NCBI GenBank assembly: GCA_002269645.1
Contig: NIVC01003486.1
Span: forward strand, 1-47,593
DNA: 47,593 nt
Direction of reading: 5' to 3'
Origin: Macrostomum lignano
Lineage: Eukaryota
Below, one piece after another: positions 1 to 12,555 of the stretch. Position 1 is the first letter of the stretch, and each line of letters begins with the position of its first letter. The notes under the pieces are model-generated. The model did not search any database. It saw nothing but the letters and a program-made list of their open reading frames with translations, and was not told the origin of the DNA. The position numbers and the translations under genes were made by a program.

Positions 1-942
1 CGCAGAACCATCGCACGATCGGCTGTAGCAAAGGAGCACCAGAAAGTTCAGGCAGGAGTCAACCGGTACGAACACCATGCCCCAGGTGGCCAGCTCCTCC
101 AGCACCTGCAGCCTGGCAAAATCAGATTGGTCCAACGGCAGTGTCAAACTGTTCAAACAGGTAGCCGCAGGTGACGCGTATAGGTTATAGCCAGTGGAGA
201 CTCGAGTAGCACGAAAGCCGATGACAGAGTCAGAACCATCTTCGTCACCCGGTTGGTGGCCCGGTGCGGCGCCAGTCGGTAGCGCAGGGCGTGCGCGATC
301 TTGGCGGTAGCGGCCAGAATCGCCAGGGCCTGGCAGCATGACGCCAAGAGCGGCGAAGCTCACCGACTTGATGAGGTAGACGCGAATATAAGCCACGAGA
401 GCATTCTCCGCAGTTGCATTGGCTTGCTTATCCACTGCACCAGTCAGCGTGGGACTTCTAGCGAGCAGAGTCAGAGTCGAGAGGCACACAATCAAGCACA
501 CAATCGAGAACTGATGCCTGCCGCGAAATAGTCATTCCGTTGGGCGGCCAGCTGAGGCCCACCGTGATGGCCATTCGGTGCAGAGTGACGGCAGCAGCCA
601 GTAGTTTGCGAGTCATCTGAACGGCGTGAACTCCGAGCCCGAGCTCCTGCGGCAGAGCTCCGGGTCCTTGGCCGCCATCATGCTGATGAACAGCGACAGT
701 AGGGCCACACTGAGCAGTATTTCCATAACAGTGAGCACCTGCATGCCGGCAGAGCGTTCGCGCACCTGGCTGCGAATCAGGATGAACAGCAGAAACGAGT
801 TCAGCACGAGGGCGAATGTGGCGAATGTTGCCACTAGTCCGATGGCCGCTTGAGTCGACATGGAAACGTCTTTGAAGCCAGCAATGGCCGGAGCGGATGA
901 GTTCATGCCATTGGTAGCATTCTCAAGCAGGTCGGCGTCCAT
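1..942 (-). pseudogene. GPCR copy A: 3'-truncated by the window edge and frameshifted (possibly sequencing error)
   Basis: Same sequence as 29919..31049 (MDADLLENATNG...) but with about ten 1-2 bp indels, mostly in short homopolymers (e.g. gaaatagtc vs gaaaatagtc, ctccgggtcc vs ctccggggtcc). Confidence 0.85.
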
Positions 943-1185
943 CTGCTTGGCTTGACAGTTTGGTCGTCGGGGTGCAATGAGTTGTTTTTACTCTCCGTGT
1001 TAGCAACTGCGCGCTCGCTGAAGCAGGCAGATCGCCGAGGAGACAGGAAATAAGTAGACAGAGCTGTCCTAACTGAATGTAGGAGGCAGAGCAGCCTCTG
1101 ATCTGATTGGCTGAGAAAGTGATTGGATTGTGATGGTGCAGTATTGCTTTCTAGTGCTTGAAGTTTAATACAACAGAAGGGGGCT

Positions 1186-2149
<964 letters not shown>

Positions 2150-2949
2150 GTTTGTTTGTTGATTGAATAACTTAGTGAGTGATTTATAATTTTATTTACT
2201 TAATGGTAGATTAATCATTAACTTTAATAATTTTTAACAAGTAAAGTCAGCCACTGTAGCAAACAAAAACAAACAAAGCTTTCTCGAGCCGCAGTATTAC
2301 GTGCGCTAGGTTGACCCTTCCAGTAAAATAATAATTCTGTGCGCTCTTTTGTTCGCTCTATTCATGTGATTCCTTCCCACCTCTTCGGCCTAACTGCCTG
2401 ACTGGGTATCAGCTGCACAGGGATTGAGGACGTGTCTGCGCTAATGCGTCACTCTGAACGTCTCTCGCCGCGCATTGTTCCCGACGCATCTGAGCGATGG
2501 GTTGCCCGGGTCTACCGAGGTAATTTTCTGTCGAAAAAGCTCTGCCCTCTCCATTTTTGCAATCCTATACTTTTCATTGCTTGCTCGCGAATTGAAGCTT
2601 GCAACCCATCATTTTCCTGAGACTCTCAAGGCATCTAGGGTTCCGGCTATCTTCTGTATAGCCAAATGCCAACTGTGGCATTCCCAACTCAAGCCAAGCA
2701 AAAGTCAGGCAATCCTGCCAGAAGATATCTCGGATCAGATCAAATAAAATAACTCTGCTGAACCGTCAAAAGTCTAAAGGACAACCCAGACTGAGCCCTT
2801 AGCTTAATTATGTAGATGCTATATAGTGAAATAAATTTCACATCTTTAAGGCTTGTCGAAGGTTAATTAATTAGGAATGATGATATCTGAAGCAATCTGA
2901 CTGTCTCTGCAAGTTGTATATTTCCTGCTTAGAGTCACCACTACGAAAG

Positions 2950-5900
2950 TATTCTTGAGCGATGGAGGTTTGTTAAAGCTAGACAGGATTTAACCTACTG
3001 CCTTTCTCAAGGACGGCTGTTCAGAAAGCAGGAAGTTTCACACGAGCTTAGTGCTAAGCGTCTGAAAAGTATGGATAAGAAAAATGAATCCTCCGCAGAC
3101 GTAAAGCCAAGGACTGCTTAAGTAGAAGGATGGGAAACTGCAGGTTTTTTCCCATTGCATTGTCTTTTTTACAGACATGTAGTCATTCTGTTACACATTT
3201 AGTTGCACTGTCATTAAGCTACGAATGCTACAATAGATTCATAAAATCAATGAGGGGAGTCGAGCTGCGCCATTCCTGTGATTTTTTATTTATGATGATT
3301 TATGATATATGAGTTATAAGATAGACATATCAAGAGATGGACATTGGGTCTCCCTTCTATCAAAAACAATAACAATTTTGTGCTGAAATCAAAAAACCTC
3401 CTATCTCCGAGGTGTATTTTTTCGCTAAAAACTGCCTCCTAAAATTTTCCAAGGAGGCTTTCATGTCTCTCTTTTCTCTGAAATCTGGATCAAACAGAGC
3501 CAGGGTAACCACATGTGATAGGCAAATTTCCAACGGATATCGAATTTCATTGCATTTCCTGAAAAAACAAGCGAAAGGATTGCCTGTAGAGAGTCTTGTC
3601 GAGGACCGCTTAGTAAAGTCGAATCAAGAAGGTCTTGTATGAAGATAATCTTTGAGCTGGTTTAGTTTGGCTGATTGCCTAGGGGTAAGCTACGCTAAAG
3701 CTGGGAGACCTTGTACCGGAACCTTTATTGAGCACCAACTGTTCCCTCCAATCCTTATTGGCAGACACTAAAAAGCTGATTTCAGCTTTTAATTTTATAA
3801 AAAAAGGACTGACCTTCGATTTTGACAGCACAATAATGACATTCGATAGAGGTAATGATGGGACTGAAATTTGAATTATTGTGCCCAAAACTCGGTCAAT
3901 AGTAAAACATTTCTGCATCATTTCAGGCTCTTGAAATTGTTTGTTGTTTGCTGTTGTTGAAAATGTATAAAAGTGTTCGTTGCGTTTCGTTGAGAAAGTA
4001 GGTACGCTTTCACTCCAGGTATTTCAGATTTCCCGGACTTAAAATATTAGTGCAAGTGCATTTGCTCATTGAAGTACCCACAGAGAATATGATGTCTGAT
4101 AACTGCATCAACAGAAAATACTTTAACGGTAGATTTAACGGTATCGAGTGAATATTTCTACACGGAAATTAAAATTTTCCTTCCTTCAAAATGGAAAGCA
4201 AAATAGATGAAAACATTTACAGTGTTGGATAGCTACCTTCTAATAGATTTGCCCGCATCAAAGTGTCATAAATGTCTAGGTTGATGGCGTTCCGTCTTAG
4301 CGACTTAATTTTTTGCTCAAAATTGAATTCCAATTTAAGCATCTAAGCAGCTCACGCAGAGCAAAGCAGACGATATGAAAGTAGAAACTTCTTCTGCCTC
4401 GTGCTCATACTCAAGCTAGTTGCAGTAGCTCGTATGCAACAGTCTTGATATGACTATAAAATTTGCATTTACCAAAAGTTTTAATTTATCTGCATGAATT
4501 CTTTCATCTTCATCAGTTCGCGTGCAAAGCTTACGAATATTTCTGCTTTGAGATTAGAGCGTAAAAGTGCCGTAAAACCTTTTGTAAACGAATAATTTAT
4601 CACATAGTTGTTAAAAATTTGGTTAAAATAGCTGGTATATCCAAGTCGATAGAAATATGACACGGGATTGCACGTGGAACTATGACTATCTAATGTTGGA
4701 AAAATGATAGGGTAGCATGTGCATTTCCCCTAGATGTATACGAACGAACTTTCAACATCCGATCCAGCTCACCAGCCATACCTTTTGACTTAATTCGGCC
4801 TGACCAATGTGCAGTAGCTATATACAACAGAGAGTACCATCAAAGTTTCTTTACAGTCCGGCAATATGTTAGTTAATACTTTTTTTGAGGATTAACCACT
4901 AAATGTATATAATTTTATAGATTTTTGGCAATATACGAGCGTATTAGTCTGATCAATCTCATTCTCAATTATGTCACTCAATTAACTAACATTTCATCAG
5001 AATCGACTCTTGTTGAATATCATAATATCATTAATCCAGCGGTTTGCTCTAGTGGCAGCGGTATCAACCTCAATCGAGGCATTGCCACTTTCAATCGAGC
5101 TTCGTTTTTATCATATCCTGCACTGAAAGGGTATTTAATAGGTCTATAAATATTTGCAAAAAGGTATAAATTAAATAGCAATTAATTTTGATATGCTGAA
5201 TATTGAATTGGCAAGAGTAGAAGACTTGACAATCGATCTCAGCTCATAATCGTTTTCGTTTGATCTTTGATCACTACTCATTAATATTATGTGTTTTGTC
5301 TATTTTCTCGCGCGCGTTATTGTCCATTGACAAAAATACACAGATATATAGATTTTTCTGGACATTATGTAATGCGTTATCCGTAATTTCATTTGGTAAT
5401 ACTCAATAATATCCCGTAAAATCTTTTCGTTTTTTCTACAGTACAGCAAAGCTGGGACGAGTCTATTACAGACGCCATCGTTGAAGCTGATTTGAGCTCT
5501 AAAACTTTGCCTCTAAACCATTTCAACCACTTCACCCAACTTCGCATCACTTCTTTTGGCTTCTTTTTGACTATTTTAATGGTCAAAGCCGTGCAGGAAT
5601 GACTACATGTACATCTATGGTCGAAAGAGAAAGCCGTGCAGGAATTACTACATGTACATCTATGGTCGAAAGAGAAAGCCGTGCAGGAATGACTACATGT
5701 ACATCTATGGTCAAAAGTGAGAGCCGTGCAGGAATGACTACATGTACATCTATGGTCGAAAGAGAAAGCCGTGCAGGAATGACTACATGTACATCTATGG
5801 TCGAAAGAGAAAGCCGTGCAGGAATGACTACATGTACATCTATGGTCGAAAGCGAGAGCCGTGCAGGAATGACTACATGTACATCTATGGTCGAAAGAGA

Positions 5901-7080
5901 AAGCCGTGCAGGAATGACTACATGTACATCTATGGTCGAAAGAGAAAGCCGTGCAGGAATGACTACATGTACATCTATGGTCGAAAGCGAGAGCCGTGCA
6001 GGAATGACTACATGTACATCTATGGTCGAAAGAGAAAGCCGTGCAGGAATGACTACATGTACATCTATGGTCGAAAGAGAAAGCCGTGCAGGAATGACTA
6101 CATGTACATCTATGGTCGAAAGAGAAAGCCGTGCAGGAATGACTACATGTACATCTATGGTCAAAAGCGAGAGCCGTGCAGGAATGACTACATGTACATC
6201 TATGGTCTAAAGAGAAAGCCGTGCAGGAATGACTACATGTACATCTATGGTCAAAAGCGAGAGCCGTGCAGGAATGACTGCATGTACATCTATGGTCGAA
6301 AGAGAAAGCCGTGCAGGAATGACTACATGTACATCTATGGTCAAAAGCGAGAGCCGTGCAGGAATGACTACATGTACATCTATGGTCAAAAGTGAGAGCC
6401 GTGCAGGAATGACTACATGTACATCTATGGTCAAAAGCGAGAGCCGTGCAGGAATGACTACATGTACATCTATGGTCAAAAGCGAGAGCCGTGCAGGAAT
6501 GACTACATGTACATCTATGGTCAAAAGCGAGAGCCGTGCAGGAATGACTACATGTACATCTATGGTCAAAAGCGAAAGCCGTGTAGGAATGACTACATGT
6601 ACATCTATGGTCAAAAGCGAAAGCCGTGTAGGAATGACTACATGTACATCTATGGTTGAAGGATAAAGCCTTGCAGGAATGACTACATGTACATCTATGG
6701 TTGAAAGAGAAAACCGTGCAGGAATTACTACATGTACATCTATGGTCGAAAGCGAAAGCCGTGCAGGAATGACTGCAAGAATTATGGATAGGAGCCAACA
6801 ACGTTCATTCAATGTATTTTTATTGAAATGCATCTCAAATATGCTAAGCCAAAGCTTCCATTGTTTTTTTGATTGTTAAATTCTAAATTTAGAACGCATC
6901 AACTTAAACTGTTTTTCTGCGTTTATTCTTTGCTGAACTGCTCAAAATATATTTTCAACGTCACTACGAAGCCATGCAATGCCTCAGCTAAATTCAACTG
7001 ATTTTAGAATTCCCAAGAAAATCAATTTGCGTCCACCCCACCATACCCATCGTTCTTCATTATCCTCAATGATAATCACC
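2950..7080 (-). pseudogene. Decayed coding sequence of unidentified family (TE or gene remnant)
   Basis: Protein-like fragments broken by stops and frameshifts (e.g. YRQSFRLFFRKCNEIRYPLEICLSHVVTLALFDPDF, SANKDWREQL). A diverged inverted paralog at ~21880..22830 preserves the same peptides. Boundaries are approximate. Confidence 0.35.
5586..6774 (+). repeat. 45-bp tandem minisatellite, ~26 units
   Basis: Unit gccgtgcaggaatgactacatgtacatctatggtcgaaagagaaa; produces 15-aa periodic ORFs in several frames. Confidence 0.98.
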
Positions 7081-7084
7081 TCTC

Positions 7085-7378
7085 ATAGGCCTGCCGCTGA
7101 GAATCACACCTAATCTACCAATTCCTAAGAATAATTTCAGATTTACCAACCCTTGAGAATCACTCCCGATCTAAACAGCCTCTGAGAATCACTCCCGATC
7201 CAACCGACCCTTGAGAATCACTCCCGATCCAACGAGCCTTTGAGAATCACTCCCGATCCAACCAGCCTCTGAGAATCACTCCCGATCCAACGAGCCTTTG
7301 AGAATCACTCCCGATCCAACCAGCCTCTGAGAATCACTCCCAATCCAACCGACCCCAAAGAATCACTCCCGATCCCCG
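7085..7378 (+). repeat. 29-bp tandem minisatellite, array 1
   Basis: Unit ~gagaatcactcccgatccaaccgaccctt, with degenerate monomers at the left edge. Confidence 0.95.
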
Positions 7379-7650
7379 TTTCCATTGCACTCCTTCTGAT
7401 ACCCTCGGTGAACCATTTACAATCCTATATACTAAAAATGGTCTGTCGGTAGGTACATATGTGGATATGTGATCGGTTGAGCAAAAACGGCTCAACCGAT
7501 GCCTCTCAGTTTACGTTTAGGTTTTCCGTTCCAGTAGAAACAATGGGAGCGACAATGACGCGAAAATAGACAGACTTTTTATTTTGAACTTGCACAACAA
7601 ACAGCCAGAATGAATCAATGAACTAATCTAAAAACAGAGTACAAGCCTCT

Positions 7651-7826
7651 TTAATCAAATTTCTCTTGTTCATCCTTTTTCGATGAGCAGCTGTAGATGA
7701 GCAGAAAGGAGCTGGTAATGATGAAGTTGAGCACAATTAGGACGAACCCGATGAACCAGATGACAGCCAACGACATCTTTGTGCTGCTATTTTCACCGAG
7801 CTTCAGTTCCTTTGTGAACTCGAACC
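7651..7826 (-). CDS. Candidate terminal exon of orphan two-TM protein (copy 1)
   Basis: Acceptor ttggctgcag|gg gives a phase-1 junction. Encodes FEFTKELKLGENSSTK-MSLAVIWFIGFVLIVLNFIITSSFLLIY-SCSSKKDEQEKFD*, a hydrophobic helix before a charged tail. Confidence 0.45.
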
Positions 7827-7939
7827 CTGCAGCCAAGTTTGAGGCGTTCAAGTTCAGAAATCTAATATATTGTGATGTGAGCACAATAGGAAGAGGAAGA
7901 GGAAGTAAGGGGACCCTCAGGAACTCGTAAAGTGAGTAC

Positions 7940-8462
7940 TTTACCATTCTGTGTGGTGAAGTGATCATTCTGAGTGGTAAAGTGACCATTCTGAGTGGTA
8001 AAGTGACCATTCTGAGTGGTAGAGTGACCATTCCGAGGGGGTAAAGTGACCATTCTGAGTGGTAGAGTGACCATTCCGAGGGGGTAAAGTGACCATTCTG
8101 AGTGGTAGAGTGACCATTCTGAGTGGTAGAGTGACCATTCCGAGGGGGTAAAGTGACCATTCTGAGTGGTAGAGTGACCATTCTGAGTGGGTAAAGTGAC
8201 CATTCTGAGTGGTAGAGTGACCATTCTGAGTGGTAGAGTGACCATTCTGAGTGGTAGAGTGACCATTCCGAGGGGGTAAAGTGACCATTCTGAGTGGTAG
8301 AGTGACCATTCTGAGTGGTAGAGTGACCATTCTGAGTGGTAGAGTGACCATTCTGAGTGGTAGAGTGACCATTCCGAGGGGGTAAAGTGACTATTCTGAG
8401 TGGTAGAGTGACCATTCTGAGTGGTAGAGTGACCATTCCGAGGGGTAAAGTGACGATTCGGA
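7940..8462 (+). repeat. 21/22-bp tandem minisatellite
   Basis: Units agagtgaccattctgagtggt and aaagtgaccattccgagggggt interspersed; lies in the predicted intron 7827..8538. Confidence 0.97.
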
Positions 8463-8538
8463 GTGGCCCGGTTATCATCGTTACGAGTAGCTCAGCAAAA
8501 ATCTCTGCCAATCAAAGCGACTAAGCCGTTACACTTAC

Positions 8539-9025
8539 GTGTGGTTGTCACGCCAACAATGGCGCACACAATGCAGCAAATTCCGCAGTTAATTAACCAG
8601 AAAGACAGAATAGTAAAAAACTGCACCTCCCAGGGAGGCACCAATCGAGATTTAGACATGATAATTTTCTCCTTCATCGGCCGGCTTCCTAGATAGTTGA
8701 TGATATCCTGATGCAGTGACGGGTCGTCATTAAACACTTTCTGCACATCGATGCTGTTTTCGTAGACATCGGTGTACCTCTTGTCCTCGGACTTCTGATC
8801 ATGGTGCACCTGCTCTTCCGCTAGTTGATTTAACAGAGTCGACCTTCGTTCAAGTTCTTGATGCTCCACCAGTTTATCGACAGCTGTATGAGATGCAGCA
8901 GGTTGATTGCTGACATTTTCGTCGACGCTGTCCTTGTCTCTTGATTCGTCGCACTGATTATTGTTGGCGCAGTTAAGAAACTGAGAATACACGTAATATT
9001 CATAGTTTTCGGCTAGAAATGACAT
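8539..9025 (-). CDS. Candidate first coding exon of orphan two-TM protein (copy 1)
   Basis: Non-repetitive 162-codon frame MSFLAENYEY...FFTILSFWLINCGICCIVCAIVGVTTT ending at a consensus donor C|gtaagt, phase-compatible with the exon at 7651..7826. Confidence 0.45.
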
Positions 9026-9329
9026 TTTGGACTAGAAATTTGACCCAGGCCATGGATAAAGTAATCCTTTTTCGACGGGCTCAAGATTGGGGGCGATACC
9101 GCTTGGTTTATTACATAGACACTGCGTATGATGGTGTTAAAATATGCCAGCAATTTTAAAAAGCCAAGGTCCAGTGCTAAGTTTATATTTACATTTGTAG
9201 AAGTGATCATGCATGAAAGAAAAAACTCAATCGCTAGAAGGTCGAATTATTTAGGACGGGCCATAGACAAATTTTCAAACAAAGACGATTTCCAGCTTCT
9301 CATCTAAGATCAATGGACCTCACGGACCA

Positions 9330-11060
9330 TTGATTTTTGCTATTTCCAAAATTTTCACTCACAGAGTTTTCAAAGCCTAAAAATATAACGAATCTTCGAG
9401 CATTCTTTGGTATTGTGAACCAAGTTAAAAAATTTACTCCAGAAGTTGTGGAGGTCCGGCCCGCTTGGACCGCTGCTATCAAAGAAGAATATGTTTCAGT
9501 AGGGACAAGAACGGCAAGACGCTTTTGAAAAGGCCCGCAGCCACCTCGCATACACGTCTACCCTTGCCAACGACAAGGCGGGATCCAGGTTCATCTCTAC
9601 TGGTACCGAATTTAGATCCGCAATGATTAAGCTAGAATTGTTGGCCGTGGTCTGGGCGACACAGAAGTGTAGGCTTTTCCTAGAAGGTCTGTCTGAGTTC
9701 GACATCGTTACTGACCACAAGCCCCTAGTTCCGATTCTGAACAGCTACCAGCTGGACCTGATCGAGAACCCCAGAATCCAGCGCCTGAGAGCTAAACTGG
9801 AACGCTATGCAAGATGGGTTAAATGCAAGGATAATGCCGACGCTGATCGAGAGCACCTGTAGACTACCTGACTCAACAGGACGAGCTAGCAGAATCAGCA
9901 GACTTTCACCTGTCACACCAAACTCATGCTACCAAGAGAATCACTCCCGATCCACCCGACCCCTGAGAATCACTCCCGATCCAACCGACCCCTGAGAATC
10001 ACTCCCGATCCAACCGACCCTTGAGAATCACTCCCGATCCAACCAGCCTCTGAAAATCACTCCCGATCCAACCGACCCTTGAGAATCGCTCCCGGTCCAA
10101 CCGACCCTTGAGAATCACTCTCGATCCAAACAACCCCTGAGAATCACTCCCGATCCAACCGACCCTTGAGAAACACTCCCGGTCCAACCGACCCTTGAGA
10201 ATCACTCCCGATCCAACCGACCCTTGAGAATCATTCCCGATCCAACCGACCCTTGAGAATCATTCCCGATCCAACCGACCCTTAAGAATCACTCCCGATC
10301 CACCCGAACCTTAAGAATCACTCCCGATCCAACCGACCCTTAAGAATCACTCCCGATCCAACCGACCCCTGAGAATCGCTCCCGGTCCAACCGACCCTTG
10401 AGAATCACTCTCGATCCAAACAACCCCTGAGAATCACTCCCGATCCAACCGACCCTTAAGAATCACTCCTGGTCCAACCGACCCTTGAGAATCACTCCCG
10501 ATCCAACCGACCCTTGAGAATCGCTCCCGGTCCAACCGACCCTTGAGAATCACTCCCGGTCCAACCGACCCTTGAGAATCACTCCCGATCCAACCGACCC
10601 TTGATGCTACCAAATGCAAAACTGGACCCTAGCTTGCGTTGGGTGCAAGAAAGCACGACTGTTGTTCAGGATCTGCAGGACCTAAAGCAGCACAATACAG
10701 ACGGATTCCGAACGACAAGACCAATATGCCCAACAATGTACGCCCATTCTGGATTGTGCGTGAAGAGATTACCGTCGAAGACGGGATCATCCTCTGCTGC
10801 GGAAGTTGATGCAGCATTCCATGAGCCATGTGAAAGCAGGTTCTTACACACCGAGGGCTTACCAAGACAAAACAGAGGCCTTGCACTGGCCAGGCCTCGA
10901 CCGAGACATTGAGAGCGCTATAAGACAATGTAAGTCGTTCCAGGAACACCTCCCATCCCAAGTTAAGGAGCCCATGAGCACATTAAATCCACCAGAACAT
11001 TGTTTTCAGCGCATTTAAGCAGATTTCTGCGAAAACGCCAACAAAAAGTTCCTGGTTGAT
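9330..11060 (+). mobile_element. Degraded Ty3/gypsy LTR-retrotransposon pol remnant (RT end, RNase H, integrase N-terminus)
   Basis: PKNITNLRAFFGIVNQVKKF (RT C-terminus); IKLELLAVVWATQKCRLFLEG...IVTDHKPLVPILN...NPRIQRLR (RNase H); ALHWPGLDRDIESAIRQCKSFQ (integrase zinc-binding region). Has frameshifts and deletions. Confidence 0.9.
9937..10603 (+). repeat. 29-bp minisatellite array 2 (23 units) inserted in gypsy pol
   Basis: Same unit as 7085..7378; flanked by atgctaccaa at 9926..9935 and 10604..10613. Confidence 0.97.
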
Positions 11061-11655
11061 TGTGGACGCCCATTGCCTCCAAATAGGCCTCGATGGTCGC
11101 TTGTCATGCGTCAAACTCGTCTATAGAATCTACTGCTAGATCGAGACGGAGGCTTTAAAGCCCAGGAAGCCTGAACCGACTGGTACTTGCAGTCATAACA
11201 GCGGCTCTTGGTCTCATTGGCGATATCGGAATCACGGGGGCCTGTGACCCCATCGCTGGATTCGGGCTTTTGCTCATTAATGTGACTGCACTTGGAATCG
11301 AGCCTGGGTCGCTGGGACACAAGAGAGCCGCGCTAGACGACTAGGCTACGCCCCGTCACTTTTTGTCTTCACGTTGACAACCAATTCTCCAGGCCAATTA
11401 TTTTCCATGGACCAGCTTCGGCTCTTAGAATTTTACAAGCATATTCCTCGAAGGCATGATGATGTACCTTCTCGTAAATCGTAACAAAAATATTGCTAAA
11501 CGCACTGCCATATGCGGTTAAAAACACTCACTCCAAAGTATCGCGATTATTGAATGGAATAATTTCAAGTGGGTTTTATTGAATTGTGGATTTGCGAAAA
11601 TTTGCGACAGCGAATGTGAAACTCTAAAACTTTAGAGTTTAGTTAGTGAACGAGT

Positions 11656-11699
11656 GTCAGCCAGTCAGTCAGTCAGTCAGTCAGTCAGTCAGTCAGTCA

Positions 11700-11742
<43 letters not shown>

Positions 11743-12555
11743 AGTCAGTCAGTCAGTCAGTCAGTCAGTCAGTCAGTCAGTCAGTCAGTCAGTCAGTCAG
11801 TCAGTCAGTCAGTCAGTCAGTCAGTCAGTCAGTCAGTCAGTCAGTCAGTCAGTCAGTCAGTCAGTCAGTCAGTCAGTCAGTCAGTCAGTCAGTCAGTCAG
11901 TCAGTCAGTCAGTCAGTCAGTCAGTCAGTCAGTCAGTCAGTCAGTCAGTCAGTCAGTCAGTCAGTCAGTCAGTCAGTCAGTCAGTCAGTCAGTCAGTCAG
12001 TCAGTCAGTCAGTCAGTCAGTCAGTCAGTCACCCACTCACTCAAGTCAGTCAGTCAGTCAGTCAGTCAGTCAGTCAGTCAGTCAGTCAGTCAGTCAGTCA
12101 GTCAGTCAGTCAGTCAGTCAGTCAGTCAGTCAGTCAGTCAGTCAGTCAGTCAGTCAGTCAGTCAGTCAGTCAGTCAGTCAGTCAGTCAGTCAGTCAGTCA
12201 GTCAGTCAGTCAGTCAGTCAGTCAGTCAGTCAGTCAGTCAGTCAGTCAGTCAGTCAGTCAGTCAGTCAGTCAGTCAGTCAGTCAGTCAGTCAGTCAGTCA
12301 GTCAGTCACCCACTCACTCAAGTCAGTCAGTCAGTCAGTCAGTCAGTCAGTCAGTCAGTCAGTCAGTCAGTCAGTCAGTCAGTCAGTCAGTCAGTCAGTC
12401 AGTCAGTCAGTCAGTCAGTCAGTCAGTCAGTCAGTCAGTCAGTCAGTCAGTCAGTCAGTCAGTCAGTCAGTCAGTCAGTCAGTCAGTCAGTCAGTCAGTC
12501 AGTCAGTCAGTCAGTCAGTCAGTCAGTCAGTCAGTCAGTCAGTCAGTTCGTCAGT
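11656..12555 (+). repeat. (TCAG)n microsatellite
   Basis: Directly visible; the interruption acccactcactcaa occurs twice (~12030 and ~12308). Confidence 0.99.

Noticed and set aside
5586-6774. Regular arrays as possible CRISPR
   Set aside because: No unique spacers, eukaryotic context and no cas genes; these are head-to-tail tandem repeats.
5389-6833. Long Cys/His-rich ORFs (470 aa here, 773 aa at 36804..39125) resembling metallothionein or zinc-finger repeats
   Set aside because: They are translations of a 45-bp satellite that is open in several frames on both strands; the length differs freely between copies.
7085-8462. Common origin of the 29-bp and 21-bp satellites
   Set aside because: Only short shared words (agaat, cactc) on opposite strands; not significant.
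7862-8511. ORFs with MVTLPLR / QNGHSTT repeats
   Set aside because: Products of the 21/22-bp satellite.
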